This document shows, one piece after another, positions 13,115 through 24,100 of a DNA stretch of 64,000 nucleotides. The stretch covers positions 58,156,001 through 58,220,000 of the forward strand of contig OZ287748.1 in NCBI GenBank assembly GCA_965649765.1, given 5' to 3'. The position numbers and the translations under genes are program-made. Under the pieces are notes generated by a model that did no database searches, was not told the DNA's origin, and worked only from the letters and a program-made list of their open reading frames with translations. This DNA is from Bispira polyomma (lineage: Eukaryota). Position 1 is the first letter of the stretch; every line of letters starts with the position of its first letter.

Positions 13115-14745
13115 CAAATACATAATATGCTACTTGCAACTACACTAATTTTCAACTAAATAATACATAATCCACTACAACATGGTGCATACATAATGTA
13201 CTAATACACTACAACATACATTATGTACTAATACACTACAACATACATTATGTACTAATCCACTACTACATAATACATACTGGATATAATGTAATGTACT
13301 AATATACTATGTACAACTACACTAATTTAGAACTAAATAATACATTATGCACTAATCCACTGGTGCAACCTACATGCATTATGCACTAATCCCCTAGTAG
13401 GACCTACATGCGTTATGCACTAATGCACTAGTACAACCTACATGCAGTATGCACTAGTCCACTAGTACTTGCATAATGCACTAGTCCACTAGTACTTGCA
13501 TAATGCACTAGTCCACTAGTACTTGCATAATGCACTAGTCCACTAGTACTTGCATAATGCACTAGTCCACTAGTACTTGCATAATGCACTAGTCCACTAG
13601 TACTTGCATAATGCACTAGTCCACTAGTACTTGCATAATGCACTAGTCCACTAGTACTTGCATAATGCACTAATCCACTAGTCCACTTGTACTTGCATAA
13701 TGCACTAGTCCACTAACTACACTAATAATACTTGTATAATGTACTATTATGCTACTTACAAACTACACTAATTGACCACAACTACATAATACAACTACAC
13801 TAATTCACCAGAACTACATAATACAACTACACTAATTGACCACAACTACATAATACAACTACACTAATTGACCACAACTACATAATACAACTACACTAAT
13901 TGACCACAACTACATAATACAACTACACTAATTGACCACAACTACATAATGCAACTACACTAATTGACCAAGCCACAACTACATAATACAACTACACTAA
14001 TTGACCAAGCCAAGCGTGTGTGTTGCTTCCATTGTAAGGGTGAATTTGATGTTTCTAATTCAGTGAATGTTTACTAATGCTACTTTGCATTTATGGGTAA
14101 TGTGTTGTTTGAAGTTGAGGTGGTTATCTAAATAGACTCCAAGATACTTAATGTCAGCACTTGAATTAACATCTTCACCATTCACTTTTAAACTATGTAA
14201 GAAACATTTTCTGAGTTGCTTTAGATGGCCAAACAGAATGAATTCGGTTTTAGAGCTATTCATTTTAAGACAGTTGGAATCCATCCACAATTTTATATCC
14301 TCAGCACAATTTTCTAATGATCTAAGAGTGGTGGCTTCAGCTGAGATGTTGTTGGCTGAGAATGGCAATTTGATTGCATGGTCGTCTGCAGTGACATATC
14401 AGCTGGAACTACGTATTTCAGGGTACTTGCATAGCTAGAGAGTTGGACAATTATAGTACATAAAAAATGATGTAGTAATCCACTACAACCTACATAGTGC
14501 ACTAATCCACCACACTAATTAACAATACTTACATAATGTACTAATATGCTATTTACAACTACACTAACAACTACATATTACATAATGTACTATTATGCTA
14601 CTTACAACTACACTAATTGACCACTACATAATACATACATAATGTACTAATACACAAAATAATACTAAATGTACTAAGCCTATTCTACATAATGCTACTT
14701 ACAACTACACTAAATAACAACCACATAATACAAACATAACCATAC
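13115..14745 (-). repeat. Second inverted minisatellite array with homogenised sub-arrays (27-bp GCACTAGTCCACTAGTACTTGCATAAT x about 8, 13450-13680; 32-bp x about 7, 13760-14005), interrupted by a LINE fragment
   Basis: Directly visible perfect tandem units. Confidence 0.9.
14010..14435 (-). mobile_element. L2/CR1-group LINE RT fragment
   Basis: ADDH..., [37 protein letters not shown] (ORF 14060..14368). Confidence 0.85.
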
Positions 14746-15561
14746 AAACTGCTGAACTGTATGAGAAGTAACCCATAAGGTCACAATTTAAACAAAATAT
14801 GATGGATACATCTAAAAACGACTGTTATGATAGTAAGTTTTCGGTAAAAGTGTCTCCTTGGTGCGTACTAAAATCCGTCTGACGTAGAAGCAGGAGTATT
14901 TGCTTTTCTGTTGTAAAAAAAAAAAAACGGCTGTGCCTATAACATATAACATAATAGTTTATTGAATCATACAGAAAACCCATGGAAGCTATCTTAAGAT
15001 ACTTGTCCCGTGCCTTAGGACAAGTGCGATTTGTGATCCTAGTTGCGGCCCAATAAAGTCAACCAAATAGTGTATGCAGAATATCATGAATTTAGTTGTT
15101 ACTAACTTCCACTAAAGTATATCTGGGTTGTCTGATGTCGATATCGCTCTGGTACTGGTTTGTCACTTGTAATATATGTTTCAATATTAACCAATAGTGC
15201 ATTACAAGTTTCTCTATAGAGTAAAAAGTTAACACAATAGGCACCTTATCCTGTATTAAAGTCTGAAATTATATTTATTATCCTGCATTTTGAACACGCT
15301 TTATTGATGCAAGGCATCTCCTATGGCGCAACAGCAGAATAATAATAATCCAACTTTTTCACTGCTGAAGACTGCCCTAGGTAGTGATAGCATGTGTTAC
15401 AGTAACTTGCAGCCTCTTCCTTATGATGCTAAAACAATGCTCTATAGTGGTACTAAGGATTACTTCACAAATGCATGCCAGGTCAGTAGAGCAAATGGCA
15501 GAAAAGAGTTCAAGTCACTGCATTTGTCGGTATAAATGGAGATACAAAATATTTCTGTGTC

Positions 15562-16190
15562 ATGCTTTGGTCACACTGAGTATGTTCACGTTACGTTGTT
15601 TTTTTCATAAACAGGAGAAAACGAAGTGAAAAACTGGGAAAATCGGGAAACATAGCAAAAATCAAATGTATGGGGTGTTTTGTGCATGTTCAGTACGCAT
15701 CTGTACACATTTATTTGTACACGCATTTGATACATTTCAATAGCCGTTTCAATTATGTTTAACTTGTTGGCCACGTTTTAATAATATGGTCACCTCGTTA
15801 GCCACGTTTTAGAAATACGTTAGCGACGTTTCTAAACTTGTTCTCATTTTTAACATTTGTAAACCTGTTTCGTTCTCGTTTTCCTCACTTTTAATATTAT
15901 CCGTAGGTGTAGTTCATTTTACTCCCGTCCTTTATGCCAAATACGCATTAAATACGTGTCCTACGTTTGCCGCGAATGCACCACCCATTTCCGCAAAATT
16001 TTCAGCAAATGGCTAAAAACGTAAAAAATTTTGAGCAGTCCTAAAATTAAGATGTTTTTTTTTTAAAAACAGGAGATAACTAAACTTAAGGTACCATCTT
16101 ACTCAAGTTTTGCTTACGTTTACTACGTTTAGCTTACGTTAGCCATTTTTTGTGGGTAATCGAAACGTAAGGCCAGTGTGACCACAGCAT
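15562..16190. mobile_element. MITE, PIF/Harbinger-like TIRs; shorter inverted copy at about 34669-35017
   Basis: ATGCTTTGGTCACACTG ... CAGTGTGACCACAGCAT. Confidence 0.78.
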
Positions 16191-16440
16191 AAAAGACACT
16201 GATAAACAATACTAATTACACCAAAAAACCTGTAAAATATAAATGTACTGCAATTTGCTGAACTGCTTAACATTTCTATCTATTTAATATGTGATTTGAA
16301 GTTAATTGAACTGTGACATTTGTTGTATTGCCTTAAGTTAAGGGAATGACAGTTACTGATGCTGGTTGGCTGTACTTGGGTAAAGGCTGAATAATACACC
16401 AAGATGAATTACTTGCCATACAATACAATTTCAAGTGTTT

Positions 16441-16965
16441 TATTGTATCCACTGATCCGGTGGATACTTTGGTTTAGCGTTCGCAACGCTGCCGCCGCCC
16501 CCGCCGCAGAGAGATTTTCATCGTTAACACTCTCGGGGGGGGAAAAACTAGACCAGCTAGCTTCACCAAATTTGCAGGATATCTTCATTGGGTGGTAAGC
16601 TTCTCTGCGACTGAAATTAGCCTTATTCTGAAAAACAAGATGGCCGCCTATATCTGGAAATCATGGGCTGGGAATCTTCTGATGTGGTTAGCTTTAACCT
16701 TGGGCCCCTCATTCAAGGCCAAACAAGGTATCCAAACTTAAAAGTGCTTATAACTCTCTTATTATTGGTCCTAGGGGTTTGCATTGTGAAACCAACTTCT
16801 AGGTAATCATGGACTGGAAGTCTTCTGATGTGGTCAGATTTGACCTTGGGCCCCTCCTTCAAGGTCAGACGAGGGTAGCCCTAGCTTGGGTACTTCCTAT
16901 CTAGGGTGCTCTGTATTTTTAGTGGATACAAATATGCATCGGTTCTCCAATGTGCTAGGTCTAGT
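16441..16965 (+). mobile_element. Helentron-associated non-autonomous element (HINE/DINE-1-like)
   Basis: 5' sub-TIR TGTATCCAC with nearby inverted GTGGATAC, GCC microsatellite, two internal repeats of about 145 bp, 3' GTGGATACA + hairpin + CTAGTT end. Confidence 0.75.
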
Positions 16966-17159
16966 TACCCATTGGCAAACATGTAAACCCAAAATATGAT
17001 GCACCAAATCAAAAGAAATAAAATAGATTTCTATAAATCATGTATTTTCAGACACAGTTCCATCAATGATGAAAACAAAAGCATTGCCTTCAGCAAGCTA
17101 AATATATCTTGGTGCTTATTTATCCATAGGAAAACAACTATCGCTAAAATAGTTAACCC

Positions 17160-17580
17160 TTTATTTCAGTGATTGAAAATGCCAAAGCAGTTCATTACCA
17201 TATTTATTTAGATGGCTTGCAATTGTGTATTCAACCCTCTCCAAATGACTGCTTAACATTATTTAACACTCTGAAAGTCTGTCTCAGTGATGTTTGCACC
17301 TGGGTAATGGAAAACAATAATAAATTCAATATTCTTACCTGGGTAATGGAAAACAATAATAAATTCCATTTTTTTACCTGGTAATGGAAAACAATAATAA
17401 ATTGAATATATTTTGTTGGGTTTCAAGACTAAGTGGAACAGTGTTGTTTATTGTCTACGGGTAAACAAACTGTAACTAATAATTAGCTGTAACTTAATGT
17501 TGTTTTCTTTGATTCAGATTTTCCCTTTATCAATCGGGTCAATTCTATTACCAAATTTGTAAGCTTGTTTGTGTGATTTA
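17160..17580 (+). mobile_element. Highly degenerate L2-like RT fragment containing a 3 x about 39 bp internal tandem repeat
   Basis: HYHIYLDGLQLCI...LKVCLSDVCTWVMENN resembles [12 protein letters not shown]...[16 protein letters not shown]; repeat CCTGGGTAATGGAAAACAATAATAAATT at 17299-17403. Confidence 0.6.
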
Positions 17581-17823
17581 CGCCCCATTTTTTGGGGTTT
17601 GAATGTTAATTTTTGTGCTACTGGATTCTAAGGCACGTCATTCAAATAAAAAAAACATACACTTGGCTACATTATCGATTGATTAAATTCAATTAAAGAA
17701 AATATTTTTCTGGCTCGCAGATGCTGGAAAATGACTTAGTGCAAAGAATACAATAAAACTAGAAAGAAAGAGCATAATTAGAAATTACTATCCAAAAGAA
17801 TGATGTTTTACAATGTTTGAAAA

Positions 17824-18198
17824 TTAAGCAATGGTAATAATGAGATAGAAGCCAAGAAGCCATACAATAAGGCTGCCAGCACACGAGTTGACACCATTGT
17901 TTCTTCTAGTTCGACCTTCATCATCAGTGGTTTGGTAATTGTCAACACCTTTATCAGTTGTGGTCACATCCAGAATACCCTCAACAGGAAATGACATTTC
18001 TTCATGTAAAGGGGTGAAAGAAGCACCAGTATTCAGTGATTCAAACCACCTCTGATAGTGAGCTATTTTAGCATAAGCTGCCAATTTAAAACAGCCAATG
18101 TTATAAATAGGAGAACTAGAACTCCAGCTGACCACACCGGCCTGTGTCCAAGTGTTTGTAGAGCTGCTTCTGCATACCAAAGGACCACCACTGTCTCC
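17824..18198 (-). CDS. Gene A terminal exon: GDSGGPLVC..., linker, RTRR, hydrophobic GPI-like tail
   Basis: TAG|GGAGACAGTGGTGGTCCT; stop TAA at 17824-17826. Confidence 0.92.
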   Translation of the reverse strand, partial: GDSGGPLVCRSSSTNTWTQAGVVSWSSSSPIYNIGCFKLAAYAKIAHYQRWFESLNTGASFTPLHEEMSFPVEGILDVTTTDKGVDNYQTTDDEGRTRRNNGVNSCAGSLIVWLLGFYLIITIA

Positions 18199-21100
18199 CT
18201 AACAGAAAAAAAGGCATAGGTAATAGGTAGTGTGAACATTGGTGGTTGTAAAACATAAACTCCAAAACTAAACTCAATACAATAAAGATTTTTCTCCTTG
18301 ATACTGAGAAGTGCAATATTTCTTAAAACTAAGTAACTAAATAGTTCCATCACATCATGAATAGGTATTATCTGATGATTTGGAACGCTAATGTTATGTT
18401 GGCAGCAAACACAGGCTTTTAGTGTACATAATGCAGATATTTGGAGCTGAACATCTAGAGAAAATAACTACATTGTCTTTGGCATAGTGTGAAATTTATA
18501 ATGACCTTCTTTTAGTATATGTACATAATAATAATGGTAAAACCCCTAGAACATGTCCGGAGAGCATGATTTTGGTCGCATGATAGAAGGTCATAAACTA
18601 AACGAGGCATGTCTGTATAAAACAATAGGAAAACATAAATTTGAGAGAGTGAAAATGAGTTCATAAAATAGAATATTTGAATAATGGATTTTTGGATAAT
18701 TAGATAATACACATTGACAGTCGGAACCCCTGTTAATATTTATATGCAATGTTAATAAAGTCTTGCAAATATCTGAGAAAGGTATTTTACAGTTTATCAA
18801 ATGTTAAGCCATGATATATACAGCTAACATCACTGAATGATGCATGACTTACCTGACAGATATGTGCAAACTCCACATAACCAGCACAAACCATAGTCAC
18901 ATTGTCATAAGGAAGCCTGCCAAAGGTGTTCGCACACCGAGTGTCATTGTACAGTTCAACCTTGAGTTCTTGCAGTTTGGTCGGCATTGAATTGCTGTAT
19001 TTATCTGTGTATATATAACTATAAATATACTGGTCAAAATAAAATAGGACTCGGACATATAAATGTTAAAAATATGTTACTAATTTTAAATATTTAGATA
19101 TATATTTGTATTAACATATCCATTTTCCTTATTCTAAGCTATTGTTGGTTCCAAAATTTTTTTTCCTTAAAACATTACTCAGAAAATCATGCGATGGGCG
19201 AGAAATCTAAATTCACAAGCACACAGATTTACAGTTGTCAAGAAAATGAAAGTTGTCTTTAACTTGCCAATTTATTGAAAAATTACCTCTTAATAGTGGG
19301 TTCTACTCACATTCAGGTTTATCTAATCCGTACAATATTTTTGAATAGTCACAACAGTGTTCCGGATGACTTGCTTTTCCAGGTTTTTCCCACTCTTTCC
19401 TGAGGGCCTGGATCAGCATGGCCACATTGGAACAGATAGATTATAATTCAGAATACTGTTGTGACTATGCTAAAACTGAGTTTATTAACCTGAGTGGGGC
19501 TACAACCCACTATTAACAGGTATTTTTTTCAATAAATTGGCAAGTGAAAGGCTACTTTCGTTTTTGCATGATTATGCCAATGCTTATTGGCATAATCATG
19601 CTTTCATGGAGAAAGGGAATAGTAGAAGAACCTTGGTTACGCATGGTTACAACGTGTCAACAGGGTAATCTCTGAATCTGTGGGGAGTTGTGCTCTTAAA
19701 TTTGGTATATATACACTTTTTAGTCTCTAGTTGGTCCAAAATTAATTTGGTGTGATTGTATGCAGTATAGTAGAAGTTATTCAAGTTTTAAATATTAGGA
19801 TCCTCAGATTTGACTGAAGGTTCCATTACAGCCCATTTCAAATGTTTCAAAAGAGATATATACTATACATGACAAACATTAAGTTTGGAAAGATATTTAA
19901 CATATATATACATACTTTGGTTAATGGGTGGTTGTGGCTGTAAGGAATATAAAATTTGCCACCATCTGAAATTCACAACCTAGAAAATGTTATGTTTTAG
20001 GTAGAATTGTGGCAAATAATTGCTTAAATTAATATTTTTATGATTAATTTGCCTTCCTTACCAGTTATTTTTCGCTAGTTTTTATTTATTTGGCTTAATT
20101 CATAGGGGTGGTGAATTTTAGATACAGGAGCAAATTTTAAATTCCTTACTGTATCAAGCTGAGAAAAAAAATTATAGTGAACCCAATATATTGCATACAG
20201 GTTAACTGGAATATTTTAAAGGATAAAAATTACAGAAGCTATATGTGTCACAATAGGAATAAACCATATGGGGTCAGAAATGGATGGTTTTTGATGGCAG
20301 GAAATATATTGTTTTTGTTTGGTAACAATTATAATTGAACTAACTGTACCAGTGTAGCGCTGAAAAAAGTGTATGGGGATACAAAATATGGCCAGGGGGG
20401 GCTTGCCAAATTTTGTATCCCCTTGCAATATAATGTATCCCCTGCAAACAAATAAATTTATTCTCTGACAATTTATATATGTGTATTATATAAAAAGCTT
20501 AAAACTTATAAGCCATTTTAGCTGAGTGCTATTTTATTTACCTTTTGTGATTTAGATTATTAAAGGATTCAAGTGAGTGTGACAAAAATAATTCATCTAT
20601 GTACACCTTCTGTGATTTGTAAAATGTTTGTGCATAGAACAGTGACAGTTTAGTAAAAAAAAATCTGTAATTGGATTGAACATGGGCTTTGATTAGCAAG
20701 GAATTATTTTAAGTAATAGATTTGTTGGGGGTGCTATAGTGGCTTCTGTACTGATGACCAGTACTTTCTTTTATCTATAGGGATAGTAACTAGTGGTTCA
20801 CTATCTAAAAAAAGGGTGGGGGGGATACAAAATATGGCCAGGGGGGCTTGCCAAATTTTTGTATCCCCTTGCAATATAATGTATCCCCTGGAAACAAATT
20901 TATTCTCTGACTATTTATATATGTGTATTATATTTATAAGCTTAAAACTTAGAAGCCATTTTAGCTGAATGCTATTTTATTTACTTTTTGTGATTTAGAT
21001 TATTAAAGGATTCAAGTGAGTGTGACAAAAATAATTTATCTATGTACACTTTTTGTGATTTGTAAAATATTTGTGCATAGAACAGTGACAGTTTAGTAAA

Positions 21101-24100
21101 AAAAAATCTGTAATTGGATTAAACATGGGCTTTAATTAGCAAGGAATTATTTTAAGTGATAGATTTGTTGGAGGTGCTATAGTGGCTTCTGTACTGATGA
21201 CCAGTACTTTCTTTTATCTATAGGGATAGTAACTAGTGGTTCACTATCTTCGGACTAATTTCGGACGTTTTGCAAGCTATAATAGCTAAAAATGAAAATA
21301 TTTAAATTGGAAAATAAATTATGGCTTGGTCGTTTCTAAAGCTGTCAAAAAACCCGATAATTTTGTAGGTAAACAAACCAACTTTTGTGAGCTACCAAAA
21401 TATATAAAAAATTATTTTTATCAGTTTTTAAAGCAAACTTATGTGAAAAATAAATTATCAAAACATTTTTTATACATATGTTTCAGATTTTACTTTGAAT
21501 TTTGCTTTTGGTTTACCTAACTGGGTACCCACAGTAGGTGGTTCTCGAAATCCATTTTGATCACTGACTAGTGACTGGTTCACTATTTCCAGACTCGTCA
21601 GTAACCTGCTTTGTAGTGGCATTTTCCTCTTGTCTTGACATCTGTGTTCCTGTCCTTGTGAATTTGGATTACTAGCCCATCACATTTTTTGCTTGGGAAT
21701 TCCTTAAATCTATTTTTTGTTTTTAAAGCAACAATAGGTTAAAATAAGAAAAATTGATATGTTAATACAAATACATATCAAAATAATTAAAATTCTTTTG
21801 AAATTATCAACAATAAAATGTGCGAGTCCTATTTCATTTGACCAGTACCAGTGTATATACATGACACTTCTGAGAAATTGCTTAGAATAGTTCCTTAAAT
21901 GTGTCTTTAACATTTATATTTACACGTCTTAAAATGCAATATTTTGACATGAGTTCTAGTCAAAAATATTCACAACATTTTTGTTTGCATTTTGAAGAAA
22001 AGATAATTAGCCATATGTCACGTGTGACTGCCACCTTCAATTAATTTTTGCTGACACAAATAAGTAAAATTTGACCCTATTGCAGTAATTTTGTTGGGAG
22101 CTGTAAAAGTAATGTATTAAAATATTATGTTTAATATCCATTCTCTCAGTGAGGCAATTCAATTTCTATATTATAGATTTTATTTGGATAATGTATGTCT
22201 GTGTAAAACATTTACAAAAATCATAATATTTGGACAGTTAGATTGAGTTCATATAATTAGAAATTCGGAAAATAGGAGTTCCTATGATAGATGACAAGCT
22301 TAGCTGAGCAATTAATAATTTACTTAAGGCACCCCATCCAGTGACATAACATTCCACAAATTCATGAGGCTGAAAAGTCTCATTTTGATTGGCCAGACAA
22401 ACTGGTCTCACATAATCATTGATCTCTACAGGTTCAGCCAGCTGTAACAGTGCCACATCATTGGCTTTGGTATCTGAGTTGTATTCCTGAAAAAATACCT
22501 CCGACACTTTTCAAACATATACTGTACAATATCATTGCTGTGTACAGGCTATAAACCATGAATTAGTATGTAAGAATGAAAATCAAAGTTACACAGGAAG
22601 TATTTTGTGTGTATTTGGTTTTACTTCAGTTCAGTTGTTAATGTATGCATATTACAAATTTACTAAAACTGACAATATGTTGTTTAGTTTGACTAGGTAT
22701 TGGTATATATAGACAGATGCTGAGCTTTCTGGTGAAAAAATATCTATTAAGTGACAGAGGTTATTAGGCAAAAGCCTTGTGCACACAGTATTCCCAGATG
22801 TTCACCTATCCAAGTAGGACATGCGTTCTATTCACTATTTAAAGCTACAGTTTATTTTTAATTCATATTTTTAATCTCTCATTAATTTAAGTAATTAATT
22901 AATGAATTGATAAAATATTGATATAATATGCAGTGGCAAAAAGCCCGCTGCACATGGTATTTCCAGGTGGTCACCCATCCAAATACTAAGCGGCCTTCAG
23001 CAAGACTACTGCTTACTTTCCTACATACATCCAGTGCTGAAATTCAAACCAATGACTACAGAGGTGGGATGTAAGTATTTTACCACTAAACCACCTAAGT
23101 GTGTTAGGATGAAGGATATCATTTTTGAGAACTGAACAGTAAAGAGATATTTGAATAAATTTTTCAACAAATGATACAATTTCTAGTTCTTTACAGTATT
23201 TTATAGTTTGATTGTTATTATCAAACTAATGCTGTCAAGATTAAGTGGATTTATAAATGTATACATCTATTTTTATAGTTATTCTATCAAAAAAATGGAA
23301 CTGTTGAAATATGTATATCACATCTTTTACCTGCATAATAATCTGAGCCAGTCCCCGTTTCTGTAAATTCTCAGAGTGTCCATAGTTGAATGTGGAGCCC
23401 AGTCTTACAGTGTAGACACTGTAATTTAAATCTCTAAATACACAATGGGCAGCTGTCACAACCCACTGACTAGATATGAGAGATCCACCACAGGCCAATG
23501 ATCTGTAAAGGATACAATATCTTTGATCAGCGAATGATATTAAAGGATATTAATTTTATTATTCTAGAATGCTTATGGATCATGTCATATTTGCCTCACT
23601 TACACAGGGGCCGCAGTGGCCTAGTGGTTAGCAAGCTTTGCGCTTCACAATCACTGGTCTCTCGCCTCCGGGCAGCGTGAGTTCGAATCCTGTTGATGCC
23701 TATGTGGGAAAGGTGGAAGTTCCTTACTGTGGGCCGCTGGTTTCAATGCAGAACCTTGATCAACTGTATGCAGTGTTTTCTCCAGCGTTTGCAACTACCC
23801 ATCCCAATATAACGTAAACAGGTACTAGAGTGGATGTTAAATATCCCAATTCAAAGAAAAAAAAATTGCCTCACTTACTTGGACATCGTCTACTCACCAA
23901 CAGCTATTCTACATGTGCCCGCTAAGGATTTATTTGTAGGTATTTGTGACAAAATACAGTGACATAGTATAACTTTGTTTTGACTTCCCTGACTTGTATT
24001 GGGGGTGTTTGCTGTTGGAAGATGTATCGTCTTTCTCATTCCATTATTTTATTGAAGTACTAGAGTTTTCAACATTCACTAAACATTACCATAGCATAAA

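Noticed and set aside
13428-13670. ORF with (HYASTSGLV)n repeats
   Set aside because: Translation artefact of a 27-bp satellite sub-array; no splice or coding context
8110-14745. CRISPR array or telomeric repeat
   Set aside because: Units are contiguous degenerate minisatellites without spacers or TTAGGG
23607-23700. tRNA genes at A/B-box sites (also 1232, 4928, 29978, 37015)
   Set aside because: No full cloverleaf; each continues into a shared SINE body, some with TSDs
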